A program made the translations under genes and the position numbers. Of a stretch of 64,000 bases of DNA, positions 13,992 through 23,739 are shown piece after piece. Each line of letters starts with the position of its first letter. The stretch's first letter is position 1. Source of the DNA: an uncultured Gemmatimonadaceae bacterium (GTDB taxonomy: Bacteria; Gemmatimonadota; Gemmatimonadetes; Gemmatimonadales; Gemmatimonadaceae); contig CAVVTZ010000011.1 of assembly GCA_963751275.1 (NCBI GenBank), positions 128,001 to 192,000 on the forward strand. The letters are read 5' to 3'. Under the pieces are notes generated by a model. That model did not search any database. It had not been told where the DNA came from and was given only the letters and a program-made list of their open reading frames with translations.

Positions 13992-15349
13992 CGGACCATG
14001 AAGTCGGTGGAGTAGATGCGCCCGCCGCGCTCGAAGAACATCCGGATCACGCTGCTCGAGCCCGCGGCAAGCAGGGCCGCCTGCGCGTCGTTCGCATTCT
14101 CGATCGGCGTGCGATTGATCTGAACGATCACGTCGCCCTTCTCGAGGCCGAGCTCATCGGAAACGCGCGGACTCAAGTTGTAAATGAGCGCGCCCTTGGG
14201 ACTGCGCAATCCCTTCTCCGCGCGGATCTGCGGCGTGAGCGTCACGAGCTCGAGCTCCTTGAGCACGGAGACCTTCGGCGCGTTCTCCTCGGGGAGATCG
14301 GTGACCACGACGTTCAACGCGAGCTGGCGGTCGCCGCGCTTCACGGTGAGCACGAGCGGCTCGCCCACTCGCAGGTCGAGCAGCTCGGCCTCCCAGTCGA
14401 ACGCGGTGCGAATGGCGCGGTTGCGCGACTTCTCGAGAATATCGCCCTTCTGGATCCCCGCCTTGTCCGCCGGCGAGCCCGGGACGACGGAACTCACGAC
14501 CATCCCGGCACGCGGGCCGCCGCGAATGGAGGTCGCGGTCGCCACCGGGATCTCGAGCTTCAGTCCCACCCACGGACGCCGCACCACGCCATGCGCGAGC
14601 AGGTCCTCGGTCACGCGCTTCACGCGGTTGATCGGGATCGCGAAGCCGAGGCCCACCGACCCGCCACTGGGCGTGAAGATCGAACTGTTGACGCCGATCA
14701 CCTCCCCCAGCGCGTTCACCAACGGGCCGCCCGAATTGCCGGGATTCACCGCGGCGTCGGTCTGGATCATGTCCACGTAGATCGCCGCGCCCTCGCTGCG
14801 CGCGACGAGATTCCTTCCGGTGCCGCTGATGACGCCCGCGGTGACGCTCGGCTCCGAATTGCCGAGCAGGAAGCCGTAGGGGTTGCCGATGGCGATCGCC
14901 CACTCGCCGATGATCAGATCGTCGGAATTGCCGAGCGGCGCCACCGGGAGGTCGGTGGCGTCGATGCGCAGTACCGCGAGGTCGTTGATCTCGTCCTTCC
15001 CCACGAGCCGCGCGGGGTAGGTGGTGCCGTCGCGCAGCGCGACGGCGATCGACTGCGCGTCCTGCACGACGTGCGCGTTGGTGACGATGACGCCGTCCTT
15101 GCGCACGATGATGCCGCTGCCGATGCCGGGCACGACGCGCTCCCCGCGGCCGGCGAAGATGTCGAAGGGATTCGTGGACTTGTCGAGGATCTCGGTCTGC
15201 ACGGTGACGACGGCGGGCGCGACGCGGCTCACGGCGTCGGTGATCGCGGTGCGCCGCTGCGCATTGACGTCACGTTGCGCGCGGGCGGTCGCCGGCAGGG
15301 AGACGGCGATCGCGGTGGCGAGCAGGGCGGTCAGGTGAGTGATCGTCAT
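13988..15349 (-). CDS. HtrA/DegP-family serine protease with two PDZ domains
   Basis: signal peptide, GSGII, TNAHVV, DLAVL, IQTDAAVNPGNSGGPL, GLGFAIP; own ATG at 15349 overlapping the truA stop. Confidence 0.93.
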   Translation of the reverse strand: MTITHLTALLATAIAVSLPATARAQRDVNAQRRTAITDAVSRVAPAVVTVQTEILDKSTNPFDIFAGRGERVVPGIGSGIIVRKDGVIVTNAHVVQDAQSIAVALRDGTTYPARLVGKDEINDLAVLRIDATDLPVAPLGNSDDLIIGEWAIAIGNPYGFLLGNSEPSVTAGVISGTGRNLVARSEGAAIYVDMIQTDAAVNPGNSGGPLVNALGEVIGVNSSIFTPSGGSVGLGFAIPINRVKRVTEDLLAHGVVRRPWVGLKLEIPVATATSIRGGPRAGMVVSSVVPGSPADKAGIQKGDILEKSRNRAIRTAFDWEAELLDLRVGEPLVLTVKRGDRQLALNVVVTDLPEENAPKVSVLKELELVTLTPQIRAEKGLRSPKGALIYNLSPRVSDELGLEKGDVIVQINRTPIENANDAQAALLAAGSSSVIRMFFERGGRIYSTDFMVR

Positions 15350-16123
15350 GCGGGCATGAGATAAAGATCGCCCGGGTACCGCACGGCGTCCAGAAACAAT
15401 CCGTGCGCGGGGGCGGGCGCCGAGGTCTCCTGGTTGTGCGAGGCCGCCAGCAGCGCCGCGATGCTCCCGGCAGGGCGCCGCCCGCTCGCCGCGTCCACCA
15501 TGGTGCCCACGATGAAGCGCACCATGTGATGAAGGAACCGATTCGCCTCGATCGTGAAGAGCAGACCCCCCGGCCGGTCGGTCCATCTCGGCCTCCATGA
15601 CCGTGCAGGCGTGCGTATCCGTCGGCGGCGCGGTGCCCGCGACCGCGAACGCAAGGAAGACGTGCTCGCCGCACAGCGCGCGCGCCTCCGCGTCGAGCAC
15701 TGCGCGGTCCAGCGGGCGGCCCGGCGCCCACTCCCAGCGGCGCCGGAAGGGGGAATGCGCGTCGTCGTCGAGACCCACGAGGTAGCCGTACCGGCGCGCC
15801 GTCGCGCTGAACCGCGCGTGGAACTCCGGCCGCATCTCGTGCGCGGCGGCCACCCAGAGATCGTCGGGGAGCACCGCGTTGAGCGCGCGGCGCAACTCGG
15901 CGGGCGTCCATTTCTCGGGCACGCGTACCCCGGCGGCCTGTCCCCGCGCGTGCACGCCGGCATCGGTGCGTCCCGCGCCGAGCGCGGCCACCGGCGCATC
16001 GCACAATCGCGCGAGCGCTTCTTCGAGTGCCGACTGCACCGTGCGCTGGTCCGGCTGGCGCTGCCAACCCGCGAAACCGGCGCCGTCATACTGCAACACG
16101 AGCTGGACGGTGCGCTCCGGCAT
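15346..16123 (-). CDS. truA: tRNA pseudouridine(38-40) synthase, frameshift near 15585
   Basis: YDGAGFAGWQRQ, AGRTDAGVHA.GQ, FHARFSA, then ANRFLHHMVR and APAHGLFL in the next frame. Confidence 0.94.
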
Positions 16124-16181
16124 GCACGAAAGTTACCGGGCGCGATGAGAGCAAGCAAGCGACGGATGAGCGCCGAACCGA

Positions 16182-16211
16182 TTGACACGGCGCAACCTAC
16201 GTCCCTACATT
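16182..16211 (+). promoter_or_regulatory. sigma70-type promoter for GAF protein-trpD
   Basis: TTGACA (16182-16187), 18 nt spacer, TACATT (16206-16211). Confidence 0.65.
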
Positions 16212-16254
16212 CGCTCTCCCGCGCGCGCCACGGCGGCGGCGCTCACGAGACCCA

Positions 16255-17571
16255 ATGCCCCCACGCACCCTCGCTTCGCTCGCGCATTCCCTTGGTGCGG
16301 CTTCGGATCTCGATGCCGCGCTCGTCGCGCTCGGTGAAGCGCTCGCCGATGTGGACCGCTCGGCGGTCGTCGCGCTGTTCACCTTCGATGCGCGGCGGCA
16401 GATCCTGCGCGAGCGCCTCACCCCCGACGGGTCGTCCGTGACGCGCGCGCGCGCCGATACCACGCTCGATCATCTGCCCACCCGGATCCGCACGCAGGTC
16501 TCGAGCGGCGGGCAGTTCGCCGACCTCGGCGACCAATCCGACGAGTACGCGCGACTGCTCGGCCTCGCGCCGGCGCTGAACGAGGAAGGGCTGCTCGCGC
16601 TGCACGGCGTGCAGACCGATGGCCATCTCTCCGCGGTAATCGCGCTCTTCGAGCCGCGCCGCTTCTTCGGCACGCGCGTGGTGGAGCGCTTCGCGCCGAA
16701 CGTCGCACTGTTCGAACTGGCGTACGCGCGCTTCGCGGAGCAGGAGGCGCGCAACGAGGCCGTGCGCACCCTCGAAGATGTCACGCAGCGCGTGCACGGC
16801 GAGTACGTGAAGCACCTCGCGGCCCTGGAGCAGGCGCTCGCCCAGGCGCGGAGCACGCCGTCGGGCGTCGCGGCCACGCTGTCGCCCGAGCGGCTGGTCG
16901 CGCTCGAGAAGGAGAGCGCGAGCAGCAAGGAGGAGGCGCGCCGGGCCACGCGCCGCGCCGACGCCGTGGAGCAGCAGGTCGCCGCCGCCGTCGGCCAGCT
17001 CGAGCAGGCGCACATCGAACTGCACCGCCGCGGCGAGTCGCTGCGGCAGAAGACGCGCACGCTCTATCTCATCGAGCGCGTGCTCGCCCTCGATGCGATG
17101 ACGGAGGAGCCCCGCCAGCTCGTGGACGGCCTGCTCGCCCTCGTAGGCGACGACATGCAGGCGCAGCGCTGCTCGCTCATGCTGCGCGCGCCGGGCACGC
17201 AGGAGCTGTTCATCGCCGCCGCCAAGGGACTCGCCCCCGACGTCGCGGAGGGGAAGCGCATCTCGATCGGGCAGGGCGTGGCCGGCAAGGTGGCGAAGAG
17301 CCGCGAGCCGCTCCTCGTGACGGACGTCGAGCAGGCCGGCGCGCACCCGCTGCTGGGCGACGAATATCTCACCACCGGCTCGTTCATCTCCTTCCCGCTC
17401 GTGTACCACGGCCAGCTCGTGGGCGTGCTCAACCTCACGAATCGCGCGCAGCTGGGCGTGTTCGTCGAGGAGGATGTGGAGCGCGTGCGCCTGCTCGCGC
17501 TCGTGATCTCGCTCGTGGCGTCACGCGCCGCGCTGCCGGAGCGCCTCCTCGAGAGCATCGGTGTCCGCTGA
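16255..17571 (+). CDS. GAF-domain protein (degenerate GAF, coiled coil, GAF) with no output domain
   Basis: C-terminal RCSLML..G.GVAGKVA..PLLV.D..SFISFPL..GVLNLTNR..F.EED is a typical GAF; central heptad-rich helix. Confidence 0.8.
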   Translation: MPPRTLASLAHSLGAASDLDAALVALGEALADVDRSAVVALFTFDARRQILRERLTPDGSSVTRARADTTLDHLPTRIRTQVSSGGQFADLGDQSDEYARLLGLAPALNEEGLLALHGVQTDGHLSAVIALFEPRRFFGTRVVERFAPNVALFELAYARFAEQEARNEAVRTLEDVTQRVHGEYVKHLAALEQALAQARSTPSGVAATLSPERLVALEKESASSKEEARRATRRADAVEQQVAAAVGQLEQAHIELHRRGESLRQKTRTLYLIERVLALDAMTEEPRQLVDGLLALVGDDMQAQRCSLMLRAPGTQELFIAAAKGLAPDVAEGKRISIGQGVAGKVAKSREPLLVTDVEQAGAHPLLGDEYLTTGSFISFPLVYHGQLVGVLNLTNRAQLGVFVEEDVERVRLLALVISLVASRAALPERLLESIGVR

Positions 17572-18592
17572 GGCGTTGCGCGGCGCGCTCCGCCGGCTCG
17601 CGGCGGGCGAGTCGCTGACGTCCGAGGAAACGGCCGCCGCATTCGGCGCGGTGATGCGCGGCGAGGGGACCTCGTCCCAGGTCGCCGCGCTCCTGATGGC
17701 CCTGCGGGTGAAGGGGGAGACGGCCGCCGAGATCACGGGCGGCGCAATGGCGCTGCGCGAGGCGATGATCACGCTCCCGGCCTCGCTGCCCGAGACGCTC
17801 GTGGACACCGCCGGCACGGGCGGGGGCAAGGTGCCGACGTTCAACATCTCGACCGCCGCCGCGATCGTGGCCGCGGGCGCGGGGGCGCGCGTCGCGAAGC
17901 ACGGCAACCGTTCCTTCACGACCCAGAGCGGCGGAGCGGACGTGCTCGAGGCGCTCGGCGTGCGCATCGAGCTGACCGTGGACGAGATGCGGCGCGTGCT
18001 CCAGGACGCGGGGATCGTGTTCATGTTCGCGCCGCTCATGCATCCGGCGATGCGGCACGTGGGCCCGGTGCGTCGCGAACTCGGCGTGCCGACGGTCATG
18101 AACGTGCTCGGCCCGCTGGCGAATCCCGCCGGAGCAGGGCGTCAGGTCGTCGGCGTCGCCGACCCGGGCCGGCTCGCGCTGCTCGCGGACGCATTGGCCG
18201 CGCTCGGGAGCGTCCACGCGCTCGTCGTGCACGGCGAGCCGGGCATGGACGAGGTCTCGCCTCTCGGCATCACGCACGTGCGCGAGGTGCGCCGGGGCGC
18301 GGTGCGGGAATGGATGATCGAGCCGTCGAAGTTCGGCTTGCCGGCCGGCACGGCGGAAGGTCTCGCCGGCGGCACCCCCGCGGACAACGCGCGGATCATC
18401 GAAGCTGTGTTGTCCGGTACAGAGCGCGGCGTGGCGAGGAGCGCCGTCATTTTGAATGCCGCCGCCGCGATCTACGTCGCGGATGCCGCGGCCGACATGC
18501 CCGCGGCCGCGAAGCTCGCGGCCGCCACCATCGACTCAGGCAAGGCGACCGCCGCCCTGGGTCGTTTGCGCAGCGCGAGCGCGAAGCGCTAG
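17561..18592 (+). CDS. trpD: anthranilate phosphoribosyltransferase
   Basis: DTAGTGG, TFNIST, AKHGNRS, FAPLMHPAM, NVLGPLANP, GMDEVS. Confidence 0.96.
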   Translation: MSAEALRGALRRLAAGESLTSEETAAAFGAVMRGEGTSSQVAALLMALRVKGETAAEITGGAMALREAMITLPASLPETLVDTAGTGGGKVPTFNISTAAAIVAAGAGARVAKHGNRSFTTQSGGADVLEALGVRIELTVDEMRRVLQDAGIVFMFAPLMHPAMRHVGPVRRELGVPTVMNVLGPLANPAGAGRQVVGVADPGRLALLADALAALGSVHALVVHGEPGMDEVSPLGITHVREVRRGAVREWMIEPSKFGLPAGTAEGLAGGTPADNARIIEAVLSGTERGVARSAVILNAAAAIYVADAAADMPAAAKLAAATIDSGKATAALGRLRSASAKR

Positions 18593-18642
18593 CGCTGCCG
18601 TCAGTACCATACGCTCAGTTGCCAGACGCGCCGTTCCAGTTC

Positions 18643-19251
18643 TTAGCAGCGCCTGAGCACGCCCACCACGACCCCTTGGATCGTGACGTCATTCTCGTGG
18701 ACGTAGATGGGACTCATGGTCTCGTTGGCCGGCTGCAGACGGATCCGCCCGTCGCGCTCGCGGTAGAACTTCTTGACCGTCGCGGCGCTGTTGTCGATGA
18801 GGGCGATCACGGTCTCGCCGTTGTCGGCGGTCCGGCGCTCGTTGATCACGACGAAGTCGCCGTCGCGGATCTGCTCGTCGATCATGGAATTCCCGCGCAC
18901 GCGCAGCACGTAGTGATTGCCCGCGCGTCCGATGAACGTTTCCGGCACGCACAGCGTCTCGCCACTCGAGATCGCCTCGATCGGCGTGCCGGCGGCGACG
19001 GAACCGAGCAGGGGCAGCTCGACCGCCCGCGGGAACACATCCGACGGCAGGATCTCGATCGCCCGGCTCTCGTTGTAGGAGCGCTTGATGTAGCCCTTCC
19101 GCTCCAGATTGCTGAGATGCTCGTGAACCGTGGCCAGCGAGTTATAGTTGAACTGACGCGCGATCTCCTCGAAACTCGGAGCGTACCCGTTCTGCTCCGT
19201 GTACGCCGAGAGGTAGTCGAGGATCTCCCGCTGCCGTTTGGTGAGCGCCAT
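18643..19251 (-). CDS. lexA: SOS repressor LexA
   Basis: LTKRQREILDY..GYAPS..EIA winged HTH; VAAG cleavage site; catalytic Ser in GNSM and Lys in TVKK. Confidence 0.97.
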   Translation of the reverse strand: MALTKRQREILDYLSAYTEQNGYAPSFEEIARQFNYNSLATVHEHLSNLERKGYIKRSYNESRAIEILPSDVFPRAVELPLLGSVAAGTPIEAISSGETLCVPETFIGRAGNHYVLRVRGNSMIDEQIRDGDFVVINERRTADNGETVIALIDNSAATVKKFYRERDGRIRLQPANETMSPIYVHENDVTIQGVVVGVLRRC

Positions 19252-19295
19252 GCGTCAAGTCCCGTAGAGGTGATAGCTTAACGAGCAAGTGGTGC

Positions 19296-19344
19296 CCGAA
19301 GTAACGCCGAATTGGACGATAACCGAATAATTCCCGAAGTGCAA
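19296..19344 (-). promoter_or_regulatory. lexA promoter with two CCGAA-N6-CCGAA direct-repeat boxes (candidate SOS boxes)
   Basis: minus strand TTGCAC (19344-19339), 17 nt, TATCGT (19321-19316); CCGAA at 19296, 19307, 19323, 19334 and 19348. Confidence 0.7.
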
Positions 19345-20190
19345 GCTCCGAATCGCACGTGGACCCCGCCCGGCGGCACGCTGGGCACGATCCTGGCCGA
19401 GGCCCGTGAACGGGTCCGGTCCCTTCCGAGTGTGCGCCGGTCCGAGCTCCGGCGCATCGCCGCCCTTCCGAGGGATGCCGGCATCCCCTCCTTCGCCGCG
19501 GCCCTCCGCGCCGGCCCCATGATCGCCGTGATCGCCGAGGTGAAGCGCCGGTCGCCGTCCAAGGGGGAGATCAACGCGGCGCTCTCGGCGAGCGCGCAGG
19601 CCGTGGCCTACGCGGCCGGGGGCGCCGCCGCGATCTCCGTCCTCACCGAGCCGCAGCATTTCGGCGGATCGCTCACCGATCTCGCCGACGCCCGCGCCGC
19701 GGTGTCCATCCCGCTCTTGCGAAAGGACTTCGTGCTGGACCGTTCGCAACTCTGGGAGGCGCGGGCGGCGGGTGCCTCGGGAGTATTGCTGATCGCGCGT
19801 GCGCTCGAGCCCGCGTTGCTCGACGAGCTCGCGGCGGAGGCGATCGCGATGGGGCTGGAGCCGCTCGTGGAGGTGCGCTCTGAGGGGGAGCTGGCGCGGG
19901 CGCTGGCCACGGAGGCGCCCGTGCTCGGCGTGAACCAGCGCGACCTGGAGACCCTGGTGGTCGATCCGGCGGTCGCGGAACGGCTTCTGCCGCTCGTGCC
20001 GCGCGCGCGCGTGGCGGTGAGCGAGAGCGGCGTACGCGACCGGGCGGGCGTCGAGCGGGCGGCGGCGAGTGGCGCGGATGCGGTGCTCGTCGGATCAGCG
20101 CTCTCGGCGGCCGCGGATCCGTCGGCGGCCGTCCGCGCCCTCACGGGAGTGCCACGAGGCGCGCCGCGGAGCGGAGACCATGGCCGCTGA
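19339..20190 (+). CDS. trpC: indole-3-glycerol phosphate synthase
   Basis: IAEVKRRSPSKG, ISVLTE..FGGS, LLRKDF, LVEV, GVNQRDL, SESG, LVGSAL; GTG start assumed. Confidence 0.95.
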   Translation: MQAPNRTWTPPGGTLGTILAEARERVRSLPSVRRSELRRIAALPRDAGIPSFAAALRAGPMIAVIAEVKRRSPSKGEINAALSASAQAVAYAAGGAAAISVLTEPQHFGGSLTDLADARAAVSIPLLRKDFVLDRSQLWEARAAGASGVLLIARALEPALLDELAAEAIAMGLEPLVEVRSEGELARALATEAPVLGVNQRDLETLVVDPAVAERLLPLVPRARVAVSESGVRDRAGVERAAASGADAVLVGSALSAAADPSAAVRALTGVPRGAPRSGDHGR

Positions 20191-20824
20191 GCTGAAGTTC
20201 TGCGGGCTCACGCGCGCGACCGACGCGCACGCCGCGGCGATGTGCGGCGCGCGCTATGTGGGCGTGATCTTCGCGGGCGGCCCGCGCCACTTGGAGCCGG
20301 AAGCAGCCGCGCTGGTGCTGGATGGCGCGGGCGCCGGCGTGCAGCGCGTGGGCGTGTTCCGCGACGCGGATGTGTCCGCGATCACCAGAGCCGTTCGCGC
20401 CGCGCGGCTGGATGTCGTGCAGCTGCACGGCGACCCGACGGCGCGCGAGGTGCGCAAGGTCCGCGAGGCGACCGGCGCGCGGGTGTGGGCGGTGCTCCGC
20501 GTGAGCGGCGCGGCGCCGGCCGATCGCCTGAGCGAGCTCGACGGCGAGGCCAATGCGATCGTCTTCGATACGCTGGTGCCGGGCCGGATCGGCGGCACGG
20601 GACGCTCCTTCGACTGGAGCGCCTCCGCGGACGGCGGCCGGCCGCACCGCTCGCGCCTCGTCGTGGCCGGCGGGCTGAATCCGGAGAACGTGGCGCAGGC
20701 GCTCGCGGCGCTCGCGCCGGACATCGTCGACGTCTCCTCGGGCGTGGAATCGCGGCCGGGGATCAAGGATCACGAGCGCATGCGCGTCTTCGCGGACGCG
20801 GTGCGCGGTGCGAGAGGGGACTGA
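20180..20824 (+). CDS. trpF: phosphoribosylanthranilate isomerase
   Basis: KFCGLT, VQLHGD, GGTG.SFDW, AGGLNPENV, VDVSSGVE. Confidence 0.95.
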   Translation: MAAELKFCGLTRATDAHAAAMCGARYVGVIFAGGPRHLEPEAAALVLDGAGAGVQRVGVFRDADVSAITRAVRAARLDVVQLHGDPTAREVRKVREATGARVWAVLRVSGAAPADRLSELDGEANAIVFDTLVPGRIGGTGRSFDWSASADGGRPHRSRLVVAGGLNPENVAQALAALAPDIVDVSSGVESRPGIKDHERMRVFADAVRGARGD

Positions 20825-22009
20825 ATGGCCACGGAGAGTACCGACCGCTTCGGCGCCTATGGCGGCCGCTATGTGCCCGAGACCCTCGTGCCCGCGCTCG
20901 ACGCGCTCGAGGCCGCGTACGCCGCGGCGCAGCGCGATCCGGCCTTCCAGCGGGAGCTCGACCGATTGCTCAAGAGCTATGTCGGTCGTCCATCTCCGCT
21001 GACCGACGCGCCGCGTTTTTCGGCGGCGGTGGGGGCGCGAGTCTTCCTCAAGCGAGAGGACTTGAACCACACCGGCGCGCACAAGATCAACAACACGGTG
21101 GGGCAAGCGTTGCTGGCGCGGCGGATGGGGAAGCGGCGGATCATCGCCGAGACGGGCGCGGGACAGCACGGCGTGGCGACGGCGACGATCTGCGCACGAT
21201 TCGGATTGACGTGCGTCGTGTACATGGGAGAGGAGGACATGCGGCGCCAGGCGCTGAATGTCTTCCGGATGAAGCTGATGGGGGCGCAGGTGGTGCCGGT
21301 GACGTCGGGCACGCGCACGTTGAAGGACGCGACGAGCGAGGCGATCCGCGACTGGGTCACCAACGTGACGGACAGTCACTACATCATCGGCTCCGTGGTG
21401 GGGCCGGCGCCCTACCCGCGCATGGTGCGGGATTTCCAGTCGGTGATCGGACGGGAGGCGCGCACGCAGATGATCGAAGAGGCGGGACGGCTTCCGGCGA
21501 CGGTGGTCGCATGCGTGGGCGGCGGCTCGAACGCGATGGGGATCTTCCACGCGTTCGTGGCCGACCGGGAGGTGGAGCTGGTCGGGGTCGAGGCCGCGGG
21601 CGAGGGTCTCGACAGCGGCCGGCATTCCGCTTCGCTCACGCGCGGGCGTCCCGGTGTGCTGCACGGCGCGATGAGCTACTTGCTGCAGGACGACGCCGGG
21701 CAGGTCCATCCCGCGCACTCGATCTCGGCCGGCCTCGACTATCCCGGCGTGGGCCCCGAGCATTCGCACCTCAAGGATTCCGGCCGCGCGCAGTACGTGT
21801 CCATCGGCGACGAGGACGCGCTGCGCGGCTTCGTCATGCTCAGCCAGCTCGAGGGGATCATCCCGGCGCTCGAGACGGCGCACGCGGTCGCGTGGATGGC
21901 GGCGCAGAAGGGACGCTGGGCGCCGGACGCGCCGGTGCTCCTGTGCGTGAGCGGCCGCGGCGATAAGGACGTCGCGGAAGTGAGCGCTCGCCTCGAGGCG
22001 CGCCCGTAG
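20825..22009 (+). CDS. trpB: tryptophan synthase beta chain
   Basis: [57 protein letters not shown]. Confidence 0.98.
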   Translation: MATESTDRFGAYGGRYVPETLVPALDALEAAYAAAQRDPAFQRELDRLLKSYVGRPSPLTDAPRFSAAVGARVFLKREDLNHTGAHKINNTVGQALLARRMGKRRIIAETGAGQHGVATATICARFGLTCVVYMGEEDMRRQALNVFRMKLMGAQVVPVTSGTRTLKDATSEAIRDWVTNVTDSHYIIGSVVGPAPYPRMVRDFQSVIGREARTQMIEEAGRLPATVVACVGGGSNAMGIFHAFVADREVELVGVEAAGEGLDSGRHSASLTRGRPGVLHGAMSYLLQDDAGQVHPAHSISAGLDYPGVGPEHSHLKDSGRAQYVSIGDEDALRGFVMLSQLEGIIPALETAHAVAWMAAQKGRWAPDAPVLLCVSGRGDKDVAEVSARLEARP

Positions 22010-22011
22010 CC

Positions 22012-23739
22012 GTGCCCACGTCCACCTCGATCCCGGCCATGACGGCGGCGGATGACGGGCTGCCCGAGCCGTCGTTCCCGCCTCAGCTCGTCGAGGAATT
22101 GCTGAAGAACCTGAGCCGCGCGGTGAAGACGCTCGGCTTGTACCTCCCGAACAATCCCATCTACCAGAAGGCGATCGATACGCTGCGCGGTGCCTTCGCA
22201 CCCGTGTGGCGGCGCACGCCGGAGATCGTGCTCACGATCACCGAATCGGACGTGAAGTGGGAAGGGCGCTCGGTGTACCACGATCCGGGGCGGTCGGAGA
22301 GTCTCGCGTGGCTGTTCTACAAGGACGGCATTCGCGAGCTCACGCTCACGCAGGGAGTGGAGTTCGAGGAGGTCGTCGCACTGCTCGAGATCATGCGGCG
22401 CGTGAAGAACGCGGCGCCCGAGGAGGACGATCTGCTCACGCTGCTGTGGGAGCAGGAGTTCGTCCACATGCGCTACCGCTTCGTGGACCTCTCGTTCGAC
22501 AATCTCGCGCCGATCGAGGCGAGCGACAAAGCCGCGGAGGAGCGGCAGCTGCCGCTCGTGGAAGTGAAGCGCGAGATCCAGGAGGCGCCGCCCGAGCCGG
22601 AAGCGCGCAAGAAGGCGGGGCTCGTGAGCATGGAGGACCTCGACGCGACGCTCTACTTCCTGGACGAGACGGAGATCGAGTACCTGCGCACCGCGCTCGC
22701 GGACGAGTCGCATCTCGACTTGCACAAGGACGTGCTCGCGATGCTCCTCGACATCTTCGAGGTGCAGCCGGAAGAGAAGGTGCGCGACGAGGTGGTGGGG
22801 ATCCTCGAGACGTTCATGCTGCACCTGCTCGCGGCCGGCTCGTACGGCGGCGTCGCGTACCTGCTGCGCGAGGCGGCGGTGGCGGCCGGCCGCGCGAAGG
22901 CCCTGCCGCCCGCGATGGCCGACCGGCTGCACCGCCTCCCGGAACGGCTGAGCGATGCCGCCGTGCTGCCGCAGCTGCTGCAATCGCTCGACGACTCCGA
23001 GGTCATCCCGCCGCAGGAAGAGCTCGACGCGCTCTTCGGCGAATTGAAGCAGGGGACGCTCGCGACGGTGCTCGCGTGGCTCAAGCAGGCGCAGAACGCG
23101 CGGCTGCGTGCCGCGCTCGAGAAGACGGCGCAGCGGCTCGCCTCGGCGAACATCGGCGAGATGCTGAAGCTCATCGGGAGCGAGGATCCGTCGGTGGCGC
23201 TCGAAGCGATCCGGCGCGCCGGCGAACTCAAGGCGCAGGCGGCGGTGTCGCCGATGGCCAAGGTGCTGCAGACCGGACTGCCCGACGTGCGGCAGGCCGC
23301 GACCGCGGCGCTGGCCGAGATCGCGTCGCCGGGCGCGATGCGCCTGCTCGAGACCGCGCTGGCCGACAGCGACCGCGACGTGCGGGTGAGCGCCGTGAAG
23401 GCGATCGCGGCGCGCGGCCATCGCGCGGCCCTGCCGAAGCTCGAAGCGGTCGTGTCGGGCAAGACGCTGAAGGAAGCCGACCTCACCGAGAAGAAGGAGT
23501 ACTTCGAGGCGTACGGTGCGCTCGCGGGCCCCACGGCGATCGGACCGCTCGCCGAGCTGCTGAACGGGAAGAGCTTCTTCAAGCGCCGCGTGAGTCCCGA
23601 CATCCGCGCCTGCGCGGCGTTCGCGCTCGGCCGCATCGGCACCGAGGCCGCGCTCACGGAACTCCGGCGCGCGGAGAAGGACAAGGACGTGCGCGTGCGC
23701 AGCGCCATCAACAAGGCGCTCCGCGGAGGCGTCGCATGA
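22012..23739 (+). CDS. HEAT-repeat protein with uncharacterised N-terminal domain
   Basis: C-terminal PBS-lyase-type HEAT repeats (VRQAATAAL, D.D.DVRVSAVKA, IRACAAFALGRIG, DKDVRVRSA). Confidence 0.85.
   Translation: MPTSTSIPAMTAADDGLPEPSFPPQLVEELLKNLSRAVKTLGLYLPNNPIYQKAIDTLRGAFAPVWRRTPEIVLTITESDVKWEGRSVYHDPGRSESLAWLFYKDGIRELTLTQGVEFEEVVALLEIMRRVKNAAPEEDDLLTLLWEQEFVHMRYRFVDLSFDNLAPIEASDKAAEERQLPLVEVKREIQEAPPEPEARKKAGLVSMEDLDATLYFLDETEIEYLRTALADESHLDLHKDVLAMLLDIFEVQPEEKVRDEVVGILETFMLHLLAAGSYGGVAYLLREAAVAAGRAKALPPAMADRLHRLPERLSDAAVLPQLLQSLDDSEVIPPQEELDALFGELKQGTLATVLAWLKQAQNARLRAALEKTAQRLASANIGEMLKLIGSEDPSVALEAIRRAGELKAQAAVSPMAKVLQTGLPDVRQAATAALAEIASPGAMRLLETALADSDRDVRVSAVKAIAARGHRAALPKLEAVVSGKTLKEADLTEKKEYFEAYGALAGPTAIGPLAELLNGKSFFKRRVSPDIRACAAFALGRIGTEAALTELRRAEKDKDVRVRSAINKALRGGVA

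Noticed and set aside
13988..16123. 711-aa TruA-DegP fusion in the ORF track
   Set aside because: The TruA C-terminus continues in another frame to a stop at 15346 and the protease has its own ATG and signal peptide; the fusion is an indel artefact
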